Positions 10,115 to 20,382 of a DNA stretch of 64,000 bases are shown here, piece after piece. The notes beneath the pieces were generated by a model. It saw nothing but the letters and a program-made list of their open reading frames with translations. It did no database searches and was not told the DNA's origin. Numbering within the stretch: position 1 is the first letter of the stretch; each line of letters begins with the position of its first letter. A program made the translations under genes and the position numbers. Source of the DNA: an uncultured Acidobacteriota bacterium (GTDB taxonomy: Bacteria > Acidobacteriota > Thermoanaerobaculia > Multivoradales > UBA5704); the NCBI GenBank assembly GCA_963700145.1, contig OY969474.1, forward strand, positions 5,312,001 through 5,376,000, in the 5' to 3' direction.

Positions 10115-11746
10115 ATGGGACGCGGCCGATCACGTGCCGCGGGGAAGCCCGCTCCCCGCCACCGCGCCGCGGCCGCCCCTCCGCCCGCGGTCGCTTCCCC
10201 CGTCCGTGCCGCTGTCGCCGCGGTCGCGCTCGCCGCCGCCCTCGCCGTCTACGCCGCCGGCTGCTGGCTGGTCTGGCGCGAGACGCCGATCGACGACGCC
10301 TACATCAGCTTCCGCTACGCGCAGAACTTGGCGGTCGGCGAAGGGCTCGTCTTCAACCCCGGCGAGCGGGTGGAGGGCTACAGCGGCCTCTCCTGGGTGC
10401 TGCTCCTCGCGGCCGGCGACGCCCTCGGCGCGCCGCCGCCCGTGCTGGCGAAGGTGCTGGGCGCTCTGCTCGGCGCCGGCACGGTGCTCCTGGTCGGCGC
10501 GCGGCGGCGCCTGTCGGACCTCCTCGCCGCCGGCCTCCTCGCGCTCTCGTTCCCCTTCGTCTACCACTCCGTCAACGGCCTCGAGACCGCCCTGGCGGCG
10601 TTCCTCGTCGCCGCGCTGGTCCTGGTGCCGCCGGACTCGGCGGCGCGCCGCGCCGGCCGGCACGCCGCGGCGGGGCTCCTCGTCCTGACCCGGCCGGAGG
10701 GGCTCCTGGCGGTGCTCCTCTGGACCGGGGCGCTGCGTGTCGCGCGGCGCGCCCCGCTCGGCCGGCACCATCGGCTGGTGCCCGTCACCGCCGCCGGCGC
10801 CTTCCTCCTGCAGCTCGCCTTCCGCGGGCTCTACCACGGCGACTGGATCGCCAACTCGGCGCGCGCCAAGCTCCTGCCGCTCGACTTCGCGCTGCCGGCG
10901 GGGCTCGCCGACCTCACCCGCTTCGTCTGGAACGCGGGAGGGTGGGGGGTGCTGCTCGCGGCGGCCGTGCTCGCCGCCGTGCGCCCCGCGCCCGAGGACG
11001 GCGCGGAGGACGCGGGCGCGGCATGGCCGCCCGTGCGCGCCGCCGGCCTCTTCCTCCTCGCCTTTGCGCTCGCCCTGGCGGCGAGCGGCGGCGACAGCTT
11101 CCCGCTCTGGCGCTTCTACGTGCCGCTGCTGCCGTCGTTCTGCCACCTCGCCGGCCGCGGCCTCGCGCGGCTCGCCCCGGCGGCCGGCGCACGCCGCGAG
11201 CGGCCGGCACGCCTCCTCGCGGCCGCCGCCGCGGCGCTGGTCGTCGCCGCCAGCCTCGCCGCGACGGTCCCCGCGCAGCGTCGCGCCGTCGCCGCCGAAG
11301 GGACCTGGGTGAGGTTCTGGTCCGAGGTGGGCTCGGCGCTGCGCGCCGCCGTCCCCCCCGGCACCCGCATCGCGCTCTGCCCGGTCGGCGCCCTGCCGTA
11401 CCGGTCGGGGCTGCCGGTCGTCGACATGCTGGGGCTGACCGACCGCCACATCGCGCGCGCCGCGCCGGACCGCAGCTACGTCTACCCCGGCCACCAGCGC
11501 CACGACGGCGCCTACGTGCTGGCGCGCCGGCCCGAGCTCGTCCTGCTCGCCAACGGGCCGCGGGTGGCCGCGCCGGGCGACCGTTTCCCCTGGCACCTGG
11601 TCCGCTCCTACGAGCGCGACCTCGCCCGCAGCGACCGCTTCCGCCGCGACTACCGGCTGGCGCACCTGCGCCTACCCTCCGGCGACTACGTCCAGCTCTT
11701 CGTGCGGCGGGGCGCGGCGAGGCAGGTCTCCGCGCTCCTCTCGTAA
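10115..11746 (+). CDS. Polytopic membrane protein, GT-C-like glycosyltransferase
   Basis: [38 protein letters not shown] and DMLGLTD motifs; many hydrophobic segments. Confidence 0.8.
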   Translation: MGRGRSRAAGKPAPRHRAAAAPPPAVASPVRAAVAAVALAAALAVYAAGCWLVWRETPIDDAYISFRYAQNLAVGEGLVFNPGERVEGYSGLSWVLLLAAGDALGAPPPVLAKVLGALLGAGTVLLVGARRRLSDLLAAGLLALSFPFVYHSVNGLETALAAFLVAALVLVPPDSAARRAGRHAAAGLLVLTRPEGLLAVLLWTGALRVARRAPLGRHHRLVPVTAAGAFLLQLAFRGLYHGDWIANSARAKLLPLDFALPAGLADLTRFVWNAGGWGVLLAAAVLAAVRPAPEDGAEDAGAAWPPVRAAGLFLLAFALALAASGGDSFPLWRFYVPLLPSFCHLAGRGLARLAPAAGARRERPARLLAAAAAALVVAASLAATVPAQRRAVAAEGTWVRFWSEVGSALRAAVPPGTRIALCPVGALPYRSGLPVVDMLGLTDRHIARAAPDRSYVYPGHQRHDGAYVLARRPELVLLANGPRVAAPGDRFPWHLVRSYERDLARSDRFRRDYRLAHLRLPSGDYVQLFVRRGAARQVSALLS

Positions 11747-11754
11747 AAGCCGCT

Positions 11755-14481
11755 TTATAGCGGCGGGGAGGCCGCGAACCTCGGCAGCCGGAAGAGCTCG
11801 TAGCCGGTCGCCGGGCGGCCGGCGTTGAAGACGATCCACTTCCCGACGGCCGCGAAATCGCGCGGCGACGACGAGCGCGGCCCGGCGAGCACGTCGCCGA
11901 GGAGGTAGGTGCCGCCGAAGGTGCCGTCGCTGCGCCAGGGCTCGAGGCCGTGCACGCCGTCGTCGGCGGCGAAGACGAGGTTGCCGGTCCCCACACTCAG
12001 CGCCTGCGGTAGCGACGAGCGGTAGCCCGGGCGGAGGTCGCGCACCATCCGGGTGCCCTCCGCCGTGCCGTCGCTGACCCACAGCTCGCGGCCGTGTACG
12101 CCGTCGTCGGCGGTGAAGTAGACGCTGTGACCGAGAGGCGTGATGAAGGCCGGCGCCGAGGAGTCCGGACCGGGACGGAGGTCGGCCACCAGATACGCCC
12201 CCTCCGGCGTGCCGTCGCTGGTCCACAGCTCCGCACCGTGATCGAGATCCTCGACGACGAAGAATGCGCGCACCGCGAACTCGAGCGCCACGAGCTGACG
12301 GATCGCCAGCAAGGGTCCGTCGAAGTCGGCCGCCGCCAGGAGCCGGCGCGTGCCGGCGGGGGTGAGGTCGCTGGTCCAGAGCTCGCCCTTGAGCTGGCCG
12401 TCGCGGTCGTCGTCGGCCAGGTAGAAGAGGCGGCCGAGGTGCCCGACCGGGCGCAGCGAGTGGAGGGACGGGCAGCCGCCGCAGGGATCGGGCACCGCCT
12501 CGAAGGTGCCGGCGGCGGTGCCGTTGGAGATCCAGAGGCCGCCGGCGCGGTCGACGAAGTCGAGGACGTAGTGCGGGACGAAGTAGACGCGGGCGAAGTC
12601 CGTGGCGGAGACGGCGAAAAAATCGGCGCCGATGTCGGAGGGATGCTCGGTCTGCACCACCGTCTTCATGGGGTGGGTTCCCTGGGGCGTGCCGTCGCTC
12701 CGCCAGACGACGAGCGACAGCGCGCCGTCGCGGTACTCGCTGCCGAAGAAGACCCCGTTGCCGAACACCAGCTGGAGGCCGTGGAGGAAACGCTGGCCTC
12801 CGCGCAACAGGCGGGCGTCGCCGGGGAACCCCCGGGTCGACCAGATCGCCTTGCCGCCGCCGGTGAAGAACATGGCTTTGTCGAAAAACGGGGCAGTCAG
12901 CTCGGTCGGGCCGATCCCGAAGTCGCCCGGATCGAGATCGCCGAGGATCGCCGTCCCGATGCGGAGGCCGTCGCTCGTCCAGGGCTCCGGACCGTGCACG
13001 CCGTCGTCGGCCACGAAGACGACGCGGCCCCCGAGCGTGGTGAGCTGCTGCGGATCGCTCGAGCCGGCCCCTTTGCCGATCTCGGCCACGACGCGGGTCG
13101 AGGCCGGATCGCCGGCGCTCACGCCTAGGCGGGTTGACCCGCCGCCCGGGCGGGTGAAGGCGAAGAGGATCCGGTCGCGCACCGCGTGGAGCCGCCCGAA
13201 GATCGTGCCGGTGGCCCCCGGATGGAGGTCGGCGGCGCGGCGGGTGCCCGCGGGGGTGCCGTCCGTCCGCCAGAGCTCACGGCCGGCCGCCGGCGTCTCG
13301 GCGGCGAAGTAGAGAAGCCCGCCCGCCGCGGCGCCCACGACCAGGAAGTTGACCGAGCCCGCCGCCCCTGGCTGGAGGTCGCCGAGCCGGACGACGGCGC
13401 CGTGCGGCGCGATCACCCTTGGCTCCATGCCGCGCACGCCGTCGTCGGCGGCGAAGAGCAAGCGGCCGCGGGCGGAAGCGAGGATGAACGGCGTCGACGA
13501 CTGGGGCCCGGGGCGGAGGTCGGCGACGAGCCGCGTCCCCGCCGTCGTGCCGTCGGTTCGCCAAAGCTCGCGGCCGGTGGCCGCGGTCTCCGCGGTGAAG
13601 ACGACCTCGCCGTCGCGCACGGTGAAGGAGAAGGGGAGCGAAGAGTCGGCCCCGGGAGCGAGGTCGGCCAGGCGGCGCGTTCCCGCGGCAGTGCCGTCGG
13701 TCGTCCACGGCTCCCAGCCGGTGAGCCCGTCGTTGCCCGTGAAGTAGAGCCTGCCACCGGCCGCGAGGGGCGCGAAGCCCGAGGGCTCGACACCGTCGCT
13801 GAAGCCGGGGTTGATGTCCGCCACCGGCCCGGTGCCCGCCGCGGTGCCGTTGGTGCGCCAGAGCTCGTACCCCTGTCCGGGGACGAAATGGGCGAAGAGG
13901 AGGGCGCCCCCCGCGACCGCCGGGCTCTGGGGCCGCGCGACGACGCCCTCGACGTCGGTGAAGGGTTGTGTCCCCGCGCGCGTGCCGTCGCTCGTCCAGA
14001 GGCTCCAGCTCGCTTCGCCCGCCGGCGTCGCGAAGACGAGGCGAGGGCCGAGACGCGCGAAGAAGGCGTAGTCGCCCGGGTCCGGCCCCGGCGCGGCGTC
14101 GAGCAGGGGGAAAGTGCCGGCCGCCGTGCCGTCGCTGCGCCAGAGCTCCGTGCCCTGAGCCGGGTCCCAGGCGGTGAAGAAGAGGAGCCCTCCGGCGGCG
14201 GTGAAGCGCGTGGGCAGGCCGTCGCAGCGGCCGGGGCAGAGGTCGGCGACGAGCGCCGTGCCCGCGGCGGTGCCGTCGCTCCGCCAGAGCTCGGAGCCGA
14301 AGAACCCGTCGTTGCCCCGGAAGTAGAGGAAGCCGCCGAGGGGCACGGCGTCGGAAAGGTGGTCGGGCAGCGCGGAGCCCGGACCCGGCGCCGTCCGGAT
14401 GTCCTTGACCAGGACCGGTTGTGCAGCGAGGGGAACGGACGCGGCGATCAGGGCGAGCGCGAGCAGAGTGGCCTTTCGCAT
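11755..14481 (-). CDS. Secreted ELWxxDGT repeat protein
   Basis: Signal peptide plus more than 10 'G-ELW-(S/T)DGT--GT--V-D' repeats. Confidence 0.93.
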   Translation of the reverse strand: MRKATLLALALIAASVPLAAQPVLVKDIRTAPGPGSALPDHLSDAVPLGGFLYFRGNDGFFGSELWRSDGTAAGTALVADLCPGRCDGLPTRFTAAGGLLFFTAWDPAQGTELWRSDGTAAGTFPLLDAAPGPDPGDYAFFARLGPRLVFATPAGEASWSLWTSDGTRAGTQPFTDVEGVVARPQSPAVAGGALLFAHFVPGQGYELWRTNGTAAGTGPVADINPGFSDGVEPSGFAPLAAGGRLYFTGNDGLTGWEPWTTDGTAAGTRRLADLAPGADSSLPFSFTVRDGEVVFTAETAATGRELWRTDGTTAGTRLVADLRPGPQSSTPFILASARGRLLFAADDGVRGMEPRVIAPHGAVVRLGDLQPGAAGSVNFLVVGAAAGGLLYFAAETPAAGRELWRTDGTPAGTRRAADLHPGATGTIFGRLHAVRDRILFAFTRPGGGSTRLGVSAGDPASTRVVAEIGKGAGSSDPQQLTTLGGRVVFVADDGVHGPEPWTSDGLRIGTAILGDLDPGDFGIGPTELTAPFFDKAMFFTGGGKAIWSTRGFPGDARLLRGGQRFLHGLQLVFGNGVFFGSEYRDGALSLVVWRSDGTPQGTHPMKTVVQTEHPSDIGADFFAVSATDFARVYFVPHYVLDFVDRAGGLWISNGTAAGTFEAVPDPCGGCPSLHSLRPVGHLGRLFYLADDDRDGQLKGELWTSDLTPAGTRRLLAAADFDGPLLAIRQLVALEFAVRAFFVVEDLDHGAELWTSDGTPEGAYLVADLRPGPDSSAPAFITPLGHSVYFTADDGVHGRELWVSDGTAEGTRMVRDLRPGYRSSLPQALSVGTGNLVFAADDGVHGLEPWRSDGTFGGTYLLGDVLAGPRSSSPRDFAAVGKWIVFNAGRPATGYELFRLPRFAASPPL

Positions 14482-14500
14482 GCTGCTACGCTTCTATCAC

Positions 14501-15490
14501 ATGAAACTCGTGTCAACTCTGATCGCCGGCCTCGTCGCGGCCGCCCTGTTCGGCACCGCCCCGGCGGCGCTGCCAACCGACCCGCCGGACGCGCGGCCCG
14601 GCACCGCCGGCGCGCCGCGGCTGGTGGCGCTCGGCACGGTGCAAGACGGCGGCCTGCCCCACGTCGCCTGCACCTGCGTGCGCTGCGAGCGGGCGCGGCG
14701 CGAGCCGGGCTTCAGCCGGCACGTCGCCAGCCTCGCCCTCCACCTCCCGGCGAGCGACAAGGTGTACCTGCTCGACGCCACGCCCGACCTCGGCGAGCAG
14801 CTCGACCAAGTGGCCCGGCTGCGCGGGCGCCCCGCCGCGGGGCGCGTCGACCGCGCGCCGGTGGACGGCGTCTTCCTGACCCACGCCCACGTCGGCCACT
14901 ACCTCGGGCTCGCCTTCTTCGGCTTCGAGACGGTCCACACCCGGCGCCTCCCGGTCTGGGCCTCGCCGCGCATGGCCGACTTCCTGCGCGGCAACGGCCC
15001 CTGGAGCCAGCTCGTGAAGCTGGAGAACGTCGAGCTGCGCGCGCTGCGCGCCGGCGAGCCGGTGGCGCTGGAGGACGGGGTCTCGGTGACGCCGCTCCAG
15101 GTGCCGCACCGCGACGAGTACAGCGACACGCTCGGCTTCCTCGTCCGCGGCCCGCGGCGCACCGTCCTCTACGTGCCGGACACCGACTCCTGGCGCGCCT
15201 GGACGCGGCCGCTGCCGGAGCTGCTCGCCGGCGTCGACGAGGCGCTCCTCGACGGCACCTTCTACTCCCTCGACGAGCTGCCGGGGCGCGACGTGGCGTC
15301 GATCGGCCACCCCTTGATCGCCGACACGATGGACCTCCTCGCGCCGCTGGTGAAGGCGGGCAGGCTGCGCGTCGCCTTCACCCACCTCAACCACTCGAAC
15401 CCGGCCCTCGAGCCCGAGAGCGCGGCGCGCAAGACGATCGAGGCGCGCGGCTTCCGGGTGCTCGCGGAGGAGGAAGAGATCGGATTGTAG
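14501..15490 (+). CDS. PqqB-like metallo-beta-lactamase-fold hydrolase
   Basis: LGTVQDGGLPHVACTCVRC, DATPD, THAHVGHYLGL, VPHRDE, DGTF and THLNHSN; N-terminal signal-like segment. Confidence 0.87.
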   Translation: MKLVSTLIAGLVAAALFGTAPAALPTDPPDARPGTAGAPRLVALGTVQDGGLPHVACTCVRCERARREPGFSRHVASLALHLPASDKVYLLDATPDLGEQLDQVARLRGRPAAGRVDRAPVDGVFLTHAHVGHYLGLAFFGFETVHTRRLPVWASPRMADFLRGNGPWSQLVKLENVELRALRAGEPVALEDGVSVTPLQVPHRDEYSDTLGFLVRGPRRTVLYVPDTDSWRAWTRPLPELLAGVDEALLDGTFYSLDELPGRDVASIGHPLIADTMDLLAPLVKAGRLRVAFTHLNHSNPALEPESAARKTIEARGFRVLAEEEEIGL

Positions 15491-15593
15491 ATGGCGAGGC
15501 GGCTCGGGGCCATCCTGGGATAAACTGCGATTTCAGTCTTAACTTAGACGGTGCTCGGGACGGGCGCGAGCTCTCCTGCGCGAGGGTTTGGAC

Positions 15594-17189
15594 ATGCGTG
15601 TAGGCGTCTTGGAAGTGCTCAGAGACGAGGTCGCGAGCGAATGGATCGTGCGGCAGTACGACCGCTGGTTCAGGCGGCAGTACGCCAGCATCACGCCGCA
15701 GGCGGTCGCTGTCTGGTGCCGGCAGCTCGGGCACGAGGTCCACTACGCCACCTTCTACGGCCAGGCGCCGCCCGAGGAGCTGCTGCCGGACGACCTGGAC
15801 GTCGTCTTCGTGGCGACCTACACCCAGGCGAGCGCGCTCGCCTACGCGCTCGGCAGGCTCTACCGTCGGCGCGGGACGCTCACCGTCCTCGGCGGTCCCC
15901 ACGCCACCTCCTTCCCGACCGACAGTCTCCGTTTCTTCGACCTCGTCGTCCACGACTGCGACAAGCCGCTGGTCGCGAGCATCCTGCGCGGGGAGTTCGC
16001 CCCCGGCAGCGTGGTCTCCAGCGGCCACCTCCTCGAGGAGGTCCCGAGCGTCGAGGAGCGGATGCCGGAGATCGCGACCGCCTGCTTCACCCGCGGGCGG
16101 CCGTCCTGGTTGAGCAACGTCTCGCTGCTGACCAGCCTCGGCTGCCCCTACCGCTGCGACTTCTGCATCGACTGGAAGAACGACTACACGATGCTGCCGC
16201 GCGAGCGGCTCCTGGCGGACCTCCGCTACGTCTCCGAACACCTGCCGGGGGTGCTGGTGGCGTTCCACGACCCGAACTTCGGCGTCAAGTTCGACGAACT
16301 GATGGACCTGATGGAGGAGATCCCCGCGGGGCGGCGCAACCCCTACCTCATGGAGAGCTCGCTCTCGGTCCTGCGCGGCTCCCGTCTGCAGCGGCTGCGG
16401 GAGACGAACTGCGTCTACGTCGCGCCCGGCGTCGAGTCGTGGTCGGACTACTCGAACAAGGCCGGCGTCGGCCGCACGACCGGGCGCGAGAAGCTCGAGA
16501 GTGTCGTCGAGCACTTCGCGGAGCTGCACCGCTACGTCCCCGGGCTCCAGGCCAACTTCATCTTCGGCACCGACGGTGATCAGGGCGAGGAGCCGGCGGC
16601 GCTGACCCGGGAGTTCATCCGCCGCCTCCCCTTCGTCTGGCCGACGGTCAACATCCCGGTTCCCTTCGGCGGCACTCCGCTCTACGACCGCTACCTGGCC
16701 GAGGAGCGGGTCTTGCGGGAGGTGCCCTTCGCCTTCTACTACGCGCCCTACACGGTCATCCGGCCGCGGCACTACGATCCGATCACCTACTACGACCTGC
16801 TGATCGGGCTCTACCGCGCGATGGTCGCGGGCGCGCTCCTGGTGCGCCGGGTGCGCAGCGCCCGGCATCCGATCCTGCGGACCCTGCACGTCCTGCGCAG
16901 CCTGGGGATGCGCGCGGAGCTCGTCGAGCTGCGCCGCATCCGGGAGCGGCTCGCCCGCGACCCGGAGCTCCTCGCCTTTGCGGCAGGGCGCCGCGAGAAG
17001 TTGCCGGACTTCTACCGCGAGAACCTCAGAAGGCGGCTGGGGCGGTACGCCGAGCTGCTCTCCGAGGCCGACCTCAGGCCCGAGCTGGAAGCGGCCGGCG
17101 CCGCGGACCCGCCGCGGCGAGCGCGGGCCGTCCCCCCGTCCCGCCCGAGCCTGCCCTCTCTAGCGCCGGTACAGGGGCCGGCCCTGTAG
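15594..17189 (+). CDS. B12-binding-domain radical SAM protein
   Basis: LGGPHAT in the N-terminal domain; TSLGCPYRCDFC (CxxxCxxC); GVES; NFIFG. Confidence 0.88.
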   Translation: MRVGVLEVLRDEVASEWIVRQYDRWFRRQYASITPQAVAVWCRQLGHEVHYATFYGQAPPEELLPDDLDVVFVATYTQASALAYALGRLYRRRGTLTVLGGPHATSFPTDSLRFFDLVVHDCDKPLVASILRGEFAPGSVVSSGHLLEEVPSVEERMPEIATACFTRGRPSWLSNVSLLTSLGCPYRCDFCIDWKNDYTMLPRERLLADLRYVSEHLPGVLVAFHDPNFGVKFDELMDLMEEIPAGRRNPYLMESSLSVLRGSRLQRLRETNCVYVAPGVESWSDYSNKAGVGRTTGREKLESVVEHFAELHRYVPGLQANFIFGTDGDQGEEPAALTREFIRRLPFVWPTVNIPVPFGGTPLYDRYLAEERVLREVPFAFYYAPYTVIRPRHYDPITYYDLLIGLYRAMVAGALLVRRVRSARHPILRTLHVLRSLGMRAELVELRRIRERLARDPELLAFAAGRREKLPDFYRENLRRRLGRYAELLSEADLRPELEAAGAADPPRRARAVPPSRPSLPSLAPVQGPAL

Positions 17190-18134
17190 CGGGTTGGCGA
17201 AGCCGTGGGCGCCGGCGCGCTCGAGGACCTCGGAGGTCGTGTAGACGCTCTCGCCGGGGACGCCGTCCACGGTCTCGGCGACGGCGCACTCGCGGGTGGT
17301 CTGGCCGCCCAAAGTCGAGAAGTGGACGACGAGGCTCTTGCGCGTGCGCTCCGGCTCGGTCGGCTGCGCGCCGCCGTGCATCAGCGCCGAGTGCCAGACC
17401 AGGACCTCGCCGCGGCGGGCGGTGAAGTGCTCGACCGGCAGCCCGCTCCGCGCCAGCTCCCGGTCGTAGAAGGCCACCGCCGCCTCGACGTCCGAGCCCG
17501 AGTGCGCCGCCGGGTTGTAGACGCGCTCGCCGGGGCGGAACTCGTAGAACGGGAAGCGCTGCGAGCCCGGGACGTAGGCCAGCGGCCCCGAGGTCGGCGC
17601 GATGTCCTCGAGCGCGATCCAGGCCGCCACGAGCTTGCCGAACTGCGGCGTCGGCACCACGACCGAGTCGCGGTGCAGCGCCTGCTGGCTGCCGTACTCG
17701 AAGTAGAGCGACTGGTTGGCCACCGCCGTGCCGCCGAGGATCAGCGCCGCGTAGCGGTGGATCGTCGGATCAAGGTAGAGCCGCAGCGCGGTCTCCGACG
17801 CCGAGTGCAGCTCGTGGATGCGGTAGCGCGGCTTGCGGTCGCGGGCGGGGTCGGCGTCGCTGAAGCGGCGGGGCGGCGAGTCGTAGGCGAAGGCGACGTC
17901 GGCGGGCCGCGTCTCCCACAGCCGGTCGACGTCGCGGTCGATCGCCGCCGCGTCCGCCGCCGTAAGGTCGATGCGGGTGATGAAGTAGCCGTCGGCGGCG
18001 AACTTGCGGAGGTTGGCCTCCTCCTCGCCGCTCAGCTCCCCGGCGCGCGCCCGCTCGGCGATGGCGCGCTGGGCGTCCGCTTCGTCGAGCCAGATCAGGC
18101 CGGGATTGACACGGACGTCGGACGACGGCTGCAC
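17160..18134 (-). CDS. Phytanoyl-CoA dioxygenase (PhyH) family Fe/2OG enzyme
   Basis: QALHRD (HxD), AWIALEDI--SGPL-YVPGS, GEVLVWHSALMHGG and RKS. GTG start at 18134 inferred. Confidence 0.87.
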   Translation of the reverse strand: MQPSSDVRVNPGLIWLDEADAQRAIAERARAGELSGEEEANLRKFAADGYFITRIDLTAADAAAIDRDVDRLWETRPADVAFAYDSPPRRFSDADPARDRKPRYRIHELHSASETALRLYLDPTIHRYAALILGGTAVANQSLYFEYGSQQALHRDSVVVPTPQFGKLVAAWIALEDIAPTSGPLAYVPGSQRFPFYEFRPGERVYNPAAHSGSDVEAAVAFYDRELARSGLPVEHFTARRGEVLVWHSALMHGGAQPTEPERTRKSLVVHFSTLGGQTTRECAVAETVDGVPGESVYTTSEVLERAGAHGFANPLQGRPLYRR

Positions 18135-18158
18135 GGCGCGAAAGTATAGTTGCCGGCC

Positions 18159-19610
18159 GTGCCGCGCGCGAAGGCGTCCAGGCTGCCGGCCGTCGCCGCG
18201 GCCGCCTACGTCGTCGCCGCGGCGGCGGCGGCGGCGGTGGGTTTCCGCTTCTGGGTGCCGTGGGTCGTCGTGCAGCTCCTCGACCAGACCGCGCTGGCGC
18301 GCGAGCCGGTGCGCGCGCTGCTGGCGCTGCACGCGCAGCCGCCGGCGCTCAACGCCGTCCTCGCCGCGGCGCTCCGCCTGGCGGCCCTCGCCGGCCGCGG
18401 CCCCGAGCTCCTCCTCGCGCCGCTCTTCTTCCTGTTCGGCGGGCTCGTCGTCGTCCTCCTGGCGCTCCTCGTGCGGCGTCTCACCGGCTCCTCGGCGCTG
18501 GCGCTCGGCGCGGCCCTCCTCGCCGCCGCCGACCCGGCGCTCCACGTCTACGGCACGGTCTACTTCTACGAGCTGCCGCTCGCCGCTCTGCTGCTCGTGG
18601 CGCTCGCCGCCGCCCTGCGCTACCTCGAGAGCGGCCGCGAGCGGCACCTCGCGGCCTTCGTCCTGGCGGTGGGCGGGATGAGCCTGCTGCGCAGCCTCTA
18701 CCACCCGCTCTGGGCGGCGGCGATGCTGGCACTCCTGCTCCGGGGCCGGGCGCGGCTCGCCCCCGGCGCGCCGCGGCGCGCCGCCTGGCGCGGCGCCGCG
18801 CTCCTCGCGGTCCTGGTCGCGGCCTGGCCGCTCAAGAACGCGCTCCTCTTCGGCGCGCCGGTGACGAGCTCGTGGGGCGGCTATAACCTCTCGCGCGGCA
18901 CGCCGGTCAAGCACCCGGCCCTCTGGCAGTACATCGAGACCGGGACGGTGCCGCCGGCGCTGGAGCGCGCGTGGCGGCGGCGGGCGCCGGCGTTCCTGCG
19001 CGACGCGCCGGTGCTCGTCGCCCCGGTCAAGACGACCGGCCACCGCAACTGGAACCACTACAGCTTCCTGCTCACCTCGCGCGAGCTGGCGCGGGAGGCG
19101 CTGCGCTGGCGGCGCGAGCACCCGCGGGACTGGCTGCGGCAGGCGGCGGTCAACTATCTGCTGTGGGGGCGGGCGAGCTACCTCGACTCGTACTGGGGGC
19201 GCCCGCGCGGGCCGGACCACCCGCTCTACCAAGGCTACGTCCGCTGGCACGAGCGGCTGCTCTTCCCCGACCTGCGCGGGCCTGTCGAGCGGCTGACTCG
19301 CGGCGCCCCGGTGCACGGGCTGACCACGGTCTGGGGCGGACCGGCGCCCTACACCCTCTTCGCCGTCGCCGGCCTGCCCCTCCTCCTCGCCGCGGCGGCG
19401 CTCCTGCTGCCGCGGCGGCTGCGCGCCGGCCCCGAGGCCTGGGTCGCGCTCCTCGCCCTGGCGGCGCTGCTCTGGGTGCTGCTCGTCCCCTGCCTGACGG
19501 ACGGAACGGAGGGCAACCGGATGCGCTACCCGGTGAGCCCGTGCGTCCTGCTCCTCGCGGCGTGGATCGCCGCGGCCGCGGTGCCTAAGGCGCCGGTTCC
19601 GGAGAAGTGA
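18159..19610 (+). CDS. Polytopic membrane protein, unknown function (possibly GT-C-like)
   Basis: Multiple transmembrane segments; [14 protein letters not shown] and EGNRMRYP motifs. Confidence 0.72.
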   Translation: MPRAKASRLPAVAAAAYVVAAAAAAAVGFRFWVPWVVVQLLDQTALAREPVRALLALHAQPPALNAVLAAALRLAALAGRGPELLLAPLFFLFGGLVVVLLALLVRRLTGSSALALGAALLAAADPALHVYGTVYFYELPLAALLLVALAAALRYLESGRERHLAAFVLAVGGMSLLRSLYHPLWAAAMLALLLRGRARLAPGAPRRAAWRGAALLAVLVAAWPLKNALLFGAPVTSSWGGYNLSRGTPVKHPALWQYIETGTVPPALERAWRRRAPAFLRDAPVLVAPVKTTGHRNWNHYSFLLTSRELAREALRWRREHPRDWLRQAAVNYLLWGRASYLDSYWGRPRGPDHPLYQGYVRWHERLLFPDLRGPVERLTRGAPVHGLTTVWGGPAPYTLFAVAGLPLLLAAAALLLPRRLRAGPEAWVALLALAALLWVLLVPCLTDGTEGNRMRYPVSPCVLLLAAWIAAAAVPKAPVPEK

Positions 19611-20337
19611 AAACGCTGTCGGGCAGCGTGTCGGTGACGGCGATGTCGCGCAGCTCGATCTTGCGCTCGCCGCCGACTTGCGCGCGCGTCGGCGCGAGCT
19701 GGATCCGGCCGTGGGTCTGCCATCCCTGCCAGAGCCAGGCGGTCGGCGCGGCGTCGCGCGGCTGGTCCTCGAGCCGGTAGGCCCAGCGGTCCATCAGGCC
19801 GGTCGCGCGGTTGACCCAGGCCCAGTACATGTCGCCGGGCGTCAGCCCGACCCCCTGGAAGGTGAGCAGCAGCCTGTCGTAGGTCTGGCCGTCGAGCGTC
19901 TCCTCGCCGTCGTAGGCGAGCGTCACGCCCGGGTCGCGCAGCTTGTAGGGCATCAGCAGCCAGTAGGTGTCGTTGACCCAGGCGGCGTGGGCGCGGTCGA
20001 GGAGCTGCTTCGCCTCCTCGCCTTGCAGCTCCTGGCCGTCGAGCCAGGCGCGTCCCTCGCGCGTCACCACGTTGTGCAGCACGAGGAAGCGCTTCCCCTC
20101 CGGCGTCTGCCCCTCGACGCGGTGCCGGCCGGTGTGCTTGTCCCAGGCGTGCGTGCGGCGGCCGTTGAAGTCGAAGCGGATGAAGCGCGTGGCCTCCCAG
20201 GCCTCGCGCCCGCCGAGCGCGGTGAGGAGACGCTCCGCGACCTCGGCGGCGCGCGGGTCGGCCTGCCCCTGCGGTTGCGCGGCGGCGGCGGCGACGACGT
20301 GGACGAGGACGAGGACCGCGAAAGCATTGCGGAGCAT
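19585..20337 (-). CDS. Secreted hypothetical protein (DUF6503-like)
   Basis: GGAGG upstream of ATG, signal peptide. [25 protein letters not shown] and VGLTPGD-Y motifs. Confidence 0.8.
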   Translation of the reverse strand: MLRNAFAVLVLVHVVAAAAAQPQGQADPRAAEVAERLLTALGGREAWEATRFIRFDFNGRRTHAWDKHTGRHRVEGQTPEGKRFLVLHNVVTREGRAWLDGQELQGEEAKQLLDRAHAAWVNDTYWLLMPYKLRDPGVTLAYDGEETLDGQTYDRLLLTFQGVGLTPGDMYWAWVNRATGLMDRWAYRLEDQPRDAAPTAWLWQGWQTHGRIQLAPTRAQVGGERKIELRDIAVTDTLPDSVFTSPEPAP

Positions 20338-20382
20338 CGGCGCACCTCCGAGAGCGGTCGGATGATACCTTGGGCTCCGGCC

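Noticed and set aside
11755-14481. DNA repeats suggesting a non-coding array
   Set aside because: Fully explained by ELWxxDGT protein repeats; likewise the Sel1 repeats at 1139-2540.
14501-15490. PQQ biosynthesis locus
   Set aside because: No pqqA/C/D/E nearby; the adjacent radical SAM is a B12-binding type, not PqqE.
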